In this document: positions 26,182-35,041 of the stretch, piece by piece
Position numbering within the stretch: the first letter of the stretch is position 1
Layout: every line of letters starts with the position of its first letter
From: Candidatus Moraniibacteriota bacterium
GTDB lineage: Bacteria; Patescibacteriota; Minisyncoccia; Moranbacterales; GCA-2747515
Assembly: GCA_942490825.1 (NCBI GenBank)
Contig: CALNYG010000003.1
Span: 4,105-68,104 of the forward strand
Reading direction: 5' to 3'
Length of the DNA stretch: 64,000 nucleotides
Translations under genes and position numbers: made by a program
The notes under the pieces: generated by a model
Databases searched by the model: none
Told to the model about the DNA's origin: nothing
Seen by the model: the letters and a program-made list of their open reading frames with translations, nothing else

Positions 26182-27342
26182 ATGAAAAAAAGTTTACTTA
26201 TAATGCCTTTTATTTTGTTGGTGTTTTGTGCAATATCACCAGCTAAAAAAGAAAGTATTGATGAAGAGGGAAAAGAAAATATTTTGGAGTCTTTTCAGTC
26301 TGTTATAAACATTGAAAATCAAAATATTAAGGTGCCAACAGTAGTAGAAGTTCCAATTTCTTTCGAAAAAGAAGTTTTAAATAGCGTGGCAGTAGTAGAT
26401 AATTCAAATGAATTATTTTTACCAAATTTAGTTGTTTCTAACGATGAAACTAAAAAAGTAATATGGAATGTTTTGGATGAAGTAACTGGAAAAGCTCAGC
26501 AATTGATTGATAAAAATAATGATACTTATAAGGAATATGCTATTTCTAATGACGGTAAAATTAGCAATGTTGCTCTAAAGGTTTCATCTACAAATCAATT
26601 GATTGAGACTTCTTCACTGACTTTTAATTTTGATAGATATGTAGCTTTACCAAAAACCATTCAGATTTCTGTTTATGATAACGAAAGCCAAGCTGATAAA
26701 ATTATTTTGGCGAAAACTTCCATGAAGTCTAATACAGTTAATTTCCCAAAAACTTCAGGTGAGAGTTTTAAAATTGAATTGGAATATTCACAGCCATTGC
26801 GAATTCGTGAAATAAGTTTTAATCCGACTAACTTACAGCATTCAAGTAAGTCTGTTAGATTTTTAGCTCAGCCAAATAAATCTTATAAAATTTATTACGA
26901 CGCTGATCTTTATGTAAAAGCTGAAACTGGAGAAATGCCAAATTTACGGGGTGATAAGGATATTTTAGTGGTTGAAAATTTTCAAAGCAATTTAAATTAT
27001 ATTTATAAAAAGTCAGATTCTGACAGCGATGGTATTCCGGATGAAATAGATAATTGTGTAAAAATAGCAAATAAAGATCAAGAGGACATTAATAAAAATG
27101 AGAGAGGGGATGTTTGTGATGACTTTGATCGGGATGGCGTTTTAAATGCGGATGATAATTGTCCAAATGATCCAAATCGTTATCAAAAAGATGAGGATGT
27201 TGATGGGATTGGTGATATTTGTGATGAAGATGAGAGTCGATTTTTTGCAAAATATTCTTGGCTAGCTATGACTTTAATTGTTATTGTTGGTTTCGTGGTG
27301 GTAGCTTTGTTTTTGATAACTTTCAAAAAGGAGACTGATTAA
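26182..27342 (+). CDS. Secreted protein with thrombospondin type-3 repeats and C-terminal TM anchor
   Basis: Signal peptide. DSDSDGIPDEIDNC, DFDRDGVLNADDNCPNDPN and DEDVDGIGDICD repeats. C-terminal hydrophobic helix plus KKETD. Confidence 0.6.
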   Translation: MKKSLLIMPFILLVFCAISPAKKESIDEEGKENILESFQSVINIENQNIKVPTVVEVPISFEKEVLNSVAVVDNSNELFLPNLVVSNDETKKVIWNVLDEVTGKAQQLIDKNNDTYKEYAISNDGKISNVALKVSSTNQLIETSSLTFNFDRYVALPKTIQISVYDNESQADKIILAKTSMKSNTVNFPKTSGESFKIELEYSQPLRIREISFNPTNLQHSSKSVRFLAQPNKSYKIYYDADLYVKAETGEMPNLRGDKDILVVENFQSNLNYIYKKSDSDSDGIPDEIDNCVKIANKDQEDINKNERGDVCDDFDRDGVLNADDNCPNDPNRYQKDEDVDGIGDICDEDESRFFAKYSWLAMTLIVIVGFVVVALFLITFKKETD

Positions 27343-27454
27343 TTGTTTGTAGGACAAAAATTTAATTTTTTTACCAAAAGCTAAAAATATTGTACAATAC
27401 GTAGGATAAATACTTTATTTTTTAAAATCTGAAAAATCAGATCATTTTTTACTT

Positions 27455-29773
27455 ATGTTTCTAAAAAGAATTGAAATCAGCGGGTTTAAGTCATTTGCAA
27501 ATCCAATTACGTTAGAATTTTTACCAAATTGCGTAGGAGAGTCTTTAGATAAATCAAGTTGTGGAATTACTGGAATCGTTGGACCAAATGGATCAGGAAA
27601 ATCAAATGTTTCTGATGCGGTGCGTTGGGTGATGGGGGAGCAGTCGATGAAAAATTTGCGAGGGAAAAAAAGTGAAGACGTTATTTTTTCTGGTTCAGAA
27701 AAAAAAGGAAAGATGTCGATGGCAAAGGTATCTTTAACTTTTGACAATACGGATAAAAAAATTCCAGTTGAATACAATGAAGTTATTGTGACACGAAAAT
27801 TATACCGAAATGGAGAAAGTGAATATTCAATTAATGATTCACGAGTTCGTCTTTTGGATATCGTAGATATTTTAGCTCAGGCAGGAATCGGGAAAGAAAG
27901 TTATTGCGTGGTTGGTCAGGGAATGACGGATGCAATTTTGAATGCAACTCCGATTGATCGACGAGGAATGATTGAGGATGCGGCAGGTGTAAAACATTTT
28001 CAAATTAAAAAGAATCGATCGTTGAAAAAATTAGATCGAACACGGGAAAACTTAAAACGAGTGAATGAATTAATTGAGGAAGTGAAGCCTCATTTAAATT
28101 CTTTGCGTCGTCAAGCAAAGAAGGCGGAAAAAAGTAAGGGTGTTTATGAAGAGTTAAAAAATACACAACGAAAGTTTTTTGCATTTTTATGGCGATCTTT
28201 TAATCAAGAACAAGTTAAATTAGAAAAACAAAAACAACAGGTGGGAATCGATATGAAAAATCACGAACGTGGTATCGATGGTTTAAATGAACAGATTGTG
28301 GCGGAATCAAAAAAAGTGGAAAATGCTAGTCAGGCGGAAAATCATGAAACTAAGAAAAAAGAGTTTTACCAAAATTTGCGTGAGTTAGAAAAAAAGACAG
28401 CGGTGGCAGAAGGTCATGTTGAAATTTATAAAGAGAGAATTGCACAGGAGCGAAAGGTTAAAATTATCCCCGTAGATTTGACTTATGTTCAGAAAAAATT
28501 GGAGGTTATTCGGGGCGATCAGAATTCTATTATTAATGATTTGGATGCGGTGGAAGAAGTTTCTGAAATAAGTGCGATTTCAGAAAGAATGAAAAGTGTC
28601 ACTCATTCCATTGGAACTTTACAAGGTGATGCACGTAAGCGACGAGTTGAAGTGGAAAATACTGAGGGAGCAGAGAGAGTACAACAGTATGAAGAAAAAA
28701 TTATTAAATTAGAAAAGGATGTTATAGAACAAGAAAAAGTTTGTGGCGAGGTAAAGGAAAAAATTAATGAAATAAATTCTGAGATTGCTAAGGCGATGGC
28801 GGCGGACAAGGAAGCTCGGATGAGATTTTTTGAATTAGAAAAAGAGGTACGAGCGAAACAGCAAGAGTTGGATGTGGTGCGAAATAAATTCAACGAAATT
28901 AAAATTGAATTGGCTAAAATTGATGTGCGTGAGGAAGACTTAGTTTCCGAGATTCGACAGGAATTAGGTGTTGAGTTGGAAGATTTAGAGTATGATGAAA
29001 AACAGGAATTTAATCGGGAAGAGATGGAATTGAAAATTAATAAATTGAAAACGGAATACGAACATGTGGGTGGAATTGATCCGATGGTGATTGATGAGTA
29101 TAAGGAAATGCAAGAGCGTTTTGATACTTTAACGGAGGAATCGAAAGACTTAGATAAAGCGATCGATCAGTTGAAAGAAGTGGTTAAAGAAATGGATAAG
29201 AAAATTCACAGTGCTTTCATTGGTGCCTATAAACAGATCAGTGAGGAGTTTACTAAATATTTTAGAATTCTTTTTAACGGTGGAAATGCTAAGCTTTCCA
29301 AAATTAATGTTGATAAGATGGTACAGAAGTTTGATGACGAGATGAATGATGATGATTTAGAAGAGCCTGAAGAAAATGATGGTGAACCAAGAAAGAAATC
29401 GCTGAAAACGGAAATTGGGATTGAGATTGCTGCTAGTCCGCCGAATAAAAAAGTTAAGCACCTTTCTTTGCTTTCTGGTGGTGAGCGGTCGTTGACTTCG
29501 ATTGCGATGTTGTTTGCGATTATTTCTTTTAATCCTCCGCCATTTATTATTCTTGATGAGGTTGAGGCGGCGTTGGATGAGGCTAATTCTCGCCGTCTAG
29601 CGAAGATTTTTGCGGAATTGAGTTCTAAGACGCAATTTATTATTATTACGCATAATAGGGAGACTATGAGGCACTCTGATGTGCTGTATGGTGTTACGAT
29701 GGGGAATGATGGTATTTCTCAGGTGCTTTCTGTGAAATTGGATCAGATTGGGAAAGCTGGGGAGATTGATTAG
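27455..29773 (+). CDS. smc: SMC-family ATPase, unusually short (772 aa), no recognisable hinge
   Basis: N-terminus [15 protein letters not shown]...[26 protein letters not shown]. C-terminus [17 protein letters not shown]...[15 protein letters not shown]. The middle is continuous coiled-coil-like sequence. Confidence 0.75.
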   Translation: [772 protein letters not shown]

Positions 29774-29785
29774 GCTTTTTGTAGG

Positions 29786-29808
29786 GACACGATTTATCGT
29801 GTCTTTTT
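29786..29808 (+). terminator. Intrinsic terminator after smc
   Basis: GACACGA-TTTA-TCGTGTC followed by T5. Confidence 0.65.
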
Positions 29809-29840
29809 ACATTGTGTAGTTTTGTAGACTTTTTTAAGTG

Positions 29841-29975
29841 TGTCATTCCCGGACGTAGCGTAGCGGAGTGGAAGGGAATCCAGGAAAATTAAATTTTAAG
29901 TTTGTGACTCAATTCTAGTTTATAATATAACTTAAAGTTTTACACTCCTGGATCCCCGCCTACGCGGGAATGACA
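29841..29975. repeat. R2 element, variant c (TGTCATTCCCGG ... CGCGGGAATGACA)
   Basis: 135 bp with inner inverted repeat GGGAATCCAGGA / TCCTGGATCCCC. The partner copy in opposite orientation is at 61102-61236. Confidence 0.8.
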
Positions 29976-30009
29976 TGGTTTTGGGAGTTTTGTTTGATAA
30001 TTTAAATTT

Positions 30010-30630
30010 ATGATGGATAGTTTTTATATTTTTGAGACGGTTAATAATGTTGAGAAGGGCGGTTTTGATTGGTTGGGGTTTTTGGGTTTGGTTGTGCAAG
30101 GTTTGCTTTTGTATGTTGCATTCCGTGCTTTAAATATTTGGAAAAAACAATTAAGAGGAACTGACGAATATAAGACGGCTTTTGATTTATTATTAATAGT
30201 TAGAAAAATAAAAGATAAGGTTGGAGGACGCATATGGTATTTAGATGTTGATAATAAAATTGATGATGAAAATAAATTTATGGATGATATTAGACCTATC
30301 TATAAATTTAAGTCTGATAAATATGATGAAATAGTATTTAAATCAAAAATTGTTTTTAATGATAAAAATCTTAACGAATTATTAAATATTTTAAATAGTA
30401 AAATAGAGTCTTTTTTGAATAATTATAATTTTATATTATTTGGAGATGGTTTAAGAAAGGATATAGCTAAAGAAATGAAAAAAGATGTTTTATTTAGCCA
30501 AAAAGATAAAAAATTGTATTCGAAAGAACTTAGTAAAATAGTTAATGATATAGAAATCTTTATAAAAGAAAATTACATAAATGATAGAAGTTTATATTCA
30601 AAAATAAAAAACTTCTTGTTTAAAAAATAA
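30010..30630 (+). CDS. Hypothetical protein with one N-terminal TM
   Basis: 206-aa very AT-rich ORF bracketed by repeat elements. No motif recognised. Confidence 0.4.
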   Translation: MMDSFYIFETVNNVEKGGFDWLGFLGLVVQGLLLYVAFRALNIWKKQLRGTDEYKTAFDLLLIVRKIKDKVGGRIWYLDVDNKIDDENKFMDDIRPIYKFKSDKYDEIVFKSKIVFNDKNLNELLNILNSKIESFLNNYNFILFGDGLRKDIAKEMKKDVLFSQKDKKLYSKELSKIVNDIEIFIKENYINDRSLYSKIKNFLFKK

Positions 30631-30675
30631 TGCTATTTTTTAGAGAGACATAATTGTGAGTTTTAAGGTTGCTTC

Positions 30676-30711
30676 AAGGTTCGACCTTCGGATTCCCGAA
30701 GATCGAACCTT
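30676..30711 (+). terminator. 16-bp hairpin, probable terminator
   Basis: AAGGTTCGACCTTCGG-ATTC-CCGAAGATCGAACCTT (one mismatch), followed by TTGGGTTTT. Confidence 0.55.
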
Positions 30712-30759
30712 TTGGGTTTTGTGGAGATTGCTTGTGATTTTTAGTTTTGTTGATTTTAT

Positions 30760-30788
30760 GTATCATAGCCCGTGCGGCGAGCACTTTT
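30760..30788 (+). repeat. R1 box, short form
   Basis: GTATCATAGCCCGTGCGGCGAGCACTTTT. Confidence 0.85.
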
Positions 30789-30793
30789 GGAGC

Positions 30794-30822
30794 TTGACAT
30801 TTTATTAATTTGGGTGTAAAAA
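30794..30822 (+). promoter_or_regulatory. Sigma-70-like promoter
   Basis: TTGACA (30794-30799), 17 nt spacer, TAAAAA. The spacer ATTTGGGTGTA resembles the promoter at 10452 (ATTGGGTGTA). Confidence 0.4.
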
Positions 30823-30869
30823 ATATTTAGGTAGAGTACACAAACTTACTTAAATAAGGAGTTAAAATT

Positions 30870-31061
30870 ATGACTGTCCAAAAGGAAGAGCAAAGACCTT
30901 GGAAAAAAGATGGAGCAAAAGACGCACATAAGCCAAACTCAAATTCATTAAAGTGCCCTGATTGTCAGCGAGGAAAAATAATTTTTTTTACTGATAGACA
31001 TGGTGAGAGGCGGAGAAGTTGTGAGCTTTGTCTCTGTGATAGAAAAGCAAATCAAGACTAA
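30870..31061 (+). CDS. Small zinc-ribbon protein
   Basis: AAGGAG SD. 63 aa with CPDC...CELC (CxxC...CxxC). Confidence 0.5.
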   Translation: MTVQKEEQRPWKKDGAKDAHKPNSNSLKCPDCQRGKIIFFTDRHGERRRSCELCLCDRKANQD

Positions 31062-31152
31062 TAATTTTCTATTGGCTTTAATAATCTTTTCAAAAGCCTC
31101 GGCGAGAACAATCGTCGAGGCAATTTTTTTAAAAAACTTAAAAATAAAAACT

Positions 31153-31776
31153 ATGCTTTTATATATTTTAGATTTACTGGGAACTTTAGCATTTGCAGTA
31201 ACTGGAGCGTACAAAGCCAAAGTCAAAAAACTAAACATTTTCGGAGTGATATTTTTAGGATCAATTACTGCCGTTGGCGGGGGAACATTTCGAGATTTAA
31301 TTATCGGAAGGACGCCATTATTTTATTTAGAAGATTCAAATTATTTATTGATAGCAATCTTAGCCAGTTTAGTAACATTTTTTGTGCCAGCTTTGATAAA
31401 AAATACATATTCACTTTTTCGGTTTATAGATTCTATCGGTTTGGCAGTTTTCGTGATAATCGGAGTTTCAATTGTTCAAAATCATTTATTTGCAAATCAG
31501 GAAATTGGTTTGATGATGATAATTTCATGTACTTTTTTGGGAATGATTACGGGATTTGGTGGTGGAATCGTGCGTGATTCTATTATGGGAGAAGAGCCGT
31601 ATTCTTTACGTTATGGTTCAAATTATGTGTTGTCATCTTTTCTGGGAAGTTTTTCTTTTTTAGTTTTATCTTTTGTGAGTGTTAATTTTGCAATGTTTTT
31701 TGCTTTTGCGGTTGTGATTATTTTTAGGGAAATTTTATCACCTTATGGAGTTTTGAAGAGGGTTTTGAAGTCTTGA
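31153..31776 (+). CDS. UPF0126/TRIC-type membrane protein (YadS/YicG-like)
   Basis: Start moved to the internal ATG giving MLLYILDLLGTLAFAVTGAYKA. This LD..GT.AFA.TGA motif recurs in the second half (GMITGFGGGIVRD). The upstream part of the track ORF overlaps the previous gene. Confidence 0.65.
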   Translation: MLLYILDLLGTLAFAVTGAYKAKVKKLNIFGVIFLGSITAVGGGTFRDLIIGRTPLFYLEDSNYLLIAILASLVTFFVPALIKNTYSLFRFIDSIGLAVFVIIGVSIVQNHLFANQEIGLMMIISCTFLGMITGFGGGIVRDSIMGEEPYSLRYGSNYVLSSFLGSFSFLVLSFVSVNFAMFFAFAVVIIFREILSPYGVLKRVLKS

Positions 31777-31945
31777 AAAATAAATCAAGACGAATGCCTA
31801 ATAGGTATTCGTCTTGTGCTATAGCTAACTTCATTTATCAGGGAGATACTTTTGCAAGACAGTCACTTGCAACTTCTCAGCAATTCTTGCAAATAATATA
31901 TTAGGAATAATTTTTTTATTAGGATTGATTTCCACTACTTTTTTT

Positions 31946-32716
31946 GGTATTGCTACCAAACTATAGATAATGTAAAATGAATAGGTAATTAAATACCTAA
32001 AAACAAAAAAATGAAAATTAAATGCCCTCATTGCAATAATAAGAATTATGTTAAAAATGGTAAAGTAAATAAAAAACAAAGATATCTATGTAAAGACTGT
32101 AGCTATAACTTTTCTAGATTTACAAAAAGAGGAAAACCTAAAGAAATTAAGAAAAAAGCAATTGAAATGTATTTAGAGGGACTAGGATTTAGATCAATAG
32201 GAAGAATACTGAAAGTTAGTAACGTTAGTATATTAAGATGGGTAAAAAAGCAAATAAAAAATTAAGGAATATTTTAAAAAGTAAAAAAGAAGTAAAATAT
32301 TGGAAAATAGAAAAAATGGAATTAGATGAAATGTGGCATTTTGTGTTAAAAAAAAAAAAAGCCTGGATTTGGCTTGCAGTTGATAGATCTAGTAAAATAA
32401 TAATTGATTTCGTGATAGGGACAGAGAGGTGAAAAAACTGGAAGAAAATTATGGGACAAAATCAAAAAAATTGATTGCGATAAATACTGTTCAGATCATT
32501 GGGATGTTTATAAAAAATTTTTACCAAAAGATAAGCACATTCAAACAAAAGCAGAGACTTTTACAGTTGAAGGAATGAATAATCAATTAAGACATTGTAT
32601 AGCAAGATTTCATAGGAAAACTCATTGTTATTCTAAAAGTATTGAAATGGTTGAATATACAATCTTGCTATTCATGCACAGAGAAATTGCTATTTCTATA
32701 TTTGAGTAGCAATACC
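31946..32716 (+). mobile_element. IS1-family insertion sequence, copy 1 (degenerate)
   Basis: 771 bp with terminal IRs GGTATTGCTAC.../...GTAGCAATACC. Flanked by the 8-bp direct repeat CTTTTTTT (31938-31945 and 32717-32724). About 99 percent identical to copy 2 except for 3 indels. Confidence 0.9.
32011..32707 (+). pseudogene. IS1 InsA/InsB transposase, disrupted by indels
   Basis: Differences relative to copy 2: A6 versus A7 at 32244-32249, A13 (32348-32360) versus A8GA6, and one extra base at about 32425. The reading frame is broken into 3 pieces. Confidence 0.8.
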
Positions 32717-32920
32717 CTTTTTTTAAGGTTGTTTTTGGCAAAAATAAAATTCCTATTTTTACAAATGTTAAAGTATAAAATACCTTAAAAAATCTTCTGC
32801 CTACTTGTATTCTTGCAGTATACACTTCCATTTATGCACCTTTTTTTGATATTTTGAATGTTATTTGTTTACTTTAATTTAAATTTAGAATAATTTAATT
32901 AAAAATTTTTGTCAATATTT

Positions 32921-34210
32921 TTATTTTCTTAAAAATTTGAAGTAAGTCAAAATTAAAGCACTTGATCCCATAAAGCTTGAAGTTGTAGAAAAAATAATTG
33001 CCGTTGCAGTAATTCCGTAAGCTGGAATAAAAATATAATTTAAAGTAACGCTTAAAATAATTGCAATAAATGTTATAACTGCAGGAGTTTTTGTATAACC
33101 AGCACCGTTCCAGATTGAAGCAAGTACAAAAAAAATCGTTCCGAAAATCGTTCCGCCAATCATTAAAGGAATCAATCCTCCGGCATCATAAAATTTATTT
33201 CCATAAAGTAAATTAATAAATAAATCAGAGAAAAATATTAAGATTACAGAAATTGGAATTAAAGTTGCAAAAAGTAATGCAATAATTTTCGTGACTAATT
33301 TTTTTATTTTTTTGTGATCGCCATTTGATTTTAAATTTGAGATTGTAGGAAAGAGAATAAAAGTTAAGGCAAAAACTAAATAGTAGGGAATTAAAGAAAT
33401 TGTCATCGCAGAATCATAAATTCCAACAAAATAATCATCTTTTAAAAATATTTTAATTAAGTAAATATCTGTTCTAGTAAAAAATTCATAGAACAATGTA
33501 AAAAGTATAAAAACTCTGGCATAAGAAATAATTGATTGCCAGGGATATTTTTCTTCGCTAATTTCTGAAGATTTTTTTAAGTTTTTTTGAGAAAGTTTAA
33601 AATCTTTGTAAATAAAAATTTCGATTAAAATTGCAACGCAAAAAACGGAAAGTGGTGCTAAGATCGCTCCCCAAAATGCACCGTTCAATTGAAAAGAATA
33701 AGTTAAACCAACGATCCAAATTATTCTAAAAATTCCACGGGAAGTTTTTAAAGCGGTCATTGCTTGAAATCTTTTTAATCCGTTGAAATATAAAACGTGA
33801 AAAGATGATAATGAAAAAGCGGGAATTATTAAGGAGCTGAATTGAAAAAGTGGAATTAATGTTGGATCATTAAAAAATTTAGCTATAAGTGGGGCAGAAA
33901 AATAGAAAGCTAAGGTTAAAAATGTGATTATGTAAAATTGTAATTTGGCTGCGGTTTTTTTTATTGCTTGAACGATGACGAAATTATCTTTATTTTCGCT
34001 AATTCTTTTTGCCATGGCAGTGGGAATACTGCGTCCGACTAAAACAATTATCATTGTAGTAAAGCCGATGACTAAAGTGTAACGTCCGTATTCTTCTACG
34101 TTGAGAAGTCGTCCTAAACTGGATTTGATGATGTAACCTGAAACGTTATAAATGAATTCTGCTGTGAGTAATAGTAGGAATGAGAATGTCAATGTTTTTT
34201 TGAATTTCAT
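32921..34210 (-). CDS. Polysaccharide/lipid-linked oligosaccharide flippase (MOP/Wzx-like)
   Basis: 429 aa with about 12 or more TM helices and the typical architecture of the oligosaccharide flippase family. Confidence 0.6.
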   Translation of the reverse strand: MKFKKTLTFSFLLLLTAEFIYNVSGYIIKSSLGRLLNVEEYGRYTLVIGFTTMIIVLVGRSIPTAMAKRISENKDNFVIVQAIKKTAAKLQFYIITFLTLAFYFSAPLIAKFFNDPTLIPLFQFSSLIIPAFSLSSFHVLYFNGLKRFQAMTALKTSRGIFRIIWIVGLTYSFQLNGAFWGAILAPLSVFCVAILIEIFIYKDFKLSQKNLKKSSEISEEKYPWQSIISYARVFILFTLFYEFFTRTDIYLIKIFLKDDYFVGIYDSAMTISLIPYYLVFALTFILFPTISNLKSNGDHKKIKKLVTKIIALLFATLIPISVILIFFSDLFINLLYGNKFYDAGGLIPLMIGGTIFGTIFFVLASIWNGAGYTKTPAVITFIAIILSVTLNYIFIPAYGITATAIIFSTTSSFMGSSALILTYFKFLRK

Positions 34211-34230
34211 TGAGTATTTTTAATTTTAAT

Positions 34231-34276
34231 AAAAAGTGCCTGTCTGCCGATAGGCAGGCTCGCCGCACGGGCTTTT
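34231..34276 (-). repeat. R1 box, long form
   Basis: The rc reads AAAAGCCCGTGCGGCGAGCCTGCCTATCGGCAGACAGGCACTTTTT. It ends about 20 nt before the flippase ATG. Confidence 0.85.
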
Positions 34277-34279
34277 ATT

Positions 34280-34399
34280 TATTATAGCGAAATTTGAGTT
34301 TTTACGCCATTGACATTGTTATTTTTTTGTGATTAAATTAAGCGTTGGGGAAAAAGGTTCCCAACCTTGTTCTTATTATTTTAATTTTAGAGGTTTGTT
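34280..34399 (+). promoter_or_regulatory. Shared promoter plus 5' leader module, copy A
   Basis: TATTATAGCGAAATTTG...TTGACA (34310), 17 nt, extended -10 TGATTAAAT, then leader hairpin GTTGGG...CCCAAC. Homologous to 35762-35890. Confidence 0.6.
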
Positions 34400-34618
34400 T
34401 TGAAAGCAAATAAATTGACTATGGCTTTGATCTTGGTTTCAAGTTTTTTTATTCTAAGTGGCTGTTCAATTAAGGCAGATGCATTTGGGTATAAAATTGA
34501 TTATGAGCTAAAAGCTGCTCCAAAGTCTTTGAAAAAAGCAAGAAAGGATGTGAATAAAAGAAAGGGTAGGAAAATTTATAACCCGACAACTGGGACTTAT
34601 CATTACAAAGATAAGTAG
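34400..34618 (+). CDS. Small lipoprotein (72 aa)
   Basis: TTG start. Signal peptide ending in the lipobox-like ILSGC. Confidence 0.55.
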   Translation: MKANKLTMALILVSSFFILSGCSIKADAFGYKIDYELKAAPKSLKKARKDVNKRKGRKIYNPTTGTYHYKDK

Positions 34619-34736
34619 TGGTACTGCAAAATAAAAGGTGAATGAATGGGGGACTTGGATTACTTGTCCCTCATTTCAAAAATTTGTAGGTAATTTTTTA
34701 AAATTGTCTTTAGATTTTTGGAAAAACTTTAGCTTT

Positions 34737-34818
34737 GTGATTTTCTGTGGGGGATTCTTCACTTCGCTCCGCTCCCCTGAACCATACGGTGCAGGGCTCC
34801 GCTACGTTCAGAATGACA
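34737..34818. repeat. R2 half element (right-arm type)
   Basis: GTGATTTTCTGTGGGGGATTCTTCAC...CGTTCAGAATGACA. Confidence 0.75.
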
Positions 34819-34893
34819 GGAAAACTTTAAAAATTTTTTTAAGCTAAATTATCTTTAAGTATTTCAAAAACTTTTTCTTTGGAAACACACCAA

Positions 34894-35018
34894 TGCCATT
34901 TCGACTGGAGCGTAGCGGAATGGAGAAATCTCAAAGTTTGCAGAAGATTATAGAGTTTTGAGATCTTTCCACTTCATATTTTAAAACTTTGTTTAAAAAT
35001 ATTCCGGTCAAGATGACA
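34894..35018. repeat. R2 element, variant b (TGCCATTTCGACTGG ... CCGGTCAAGATGACA)
   Basis: Contains GGAGCGTAGCGGAATGGAGAAATCTCAAAG and the inverted TTTTGAGATCTTTCC. The left half is nearly identical to the copy at 51750. Confidence 0.75.
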
Positions 35019-35041
35019 CAGATTAAGGAGAGATCCATTAT

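Noticed and set aside
30676-30711. tRNA-like GGTTCGA... sequence
   Set aside because: It is a simple 16-bp perfect-type hairpin with a 4-nt loop. There is no cloverleaf, and its position after a gene fits a terminator.
31000-31152. N-terminal extension of the UPF0126/TRIC gene as drawn in the ORF track (and likewise 35813-35890 for the secreted protein)
   Set aside because: The extensions overlap the preceding zinc-ribbon gene or the shared promoter module and lack an SD. Internal starts give canonical N-termini (MLLYILDLLGT... and the MKKLLLVAG... signal peptide).
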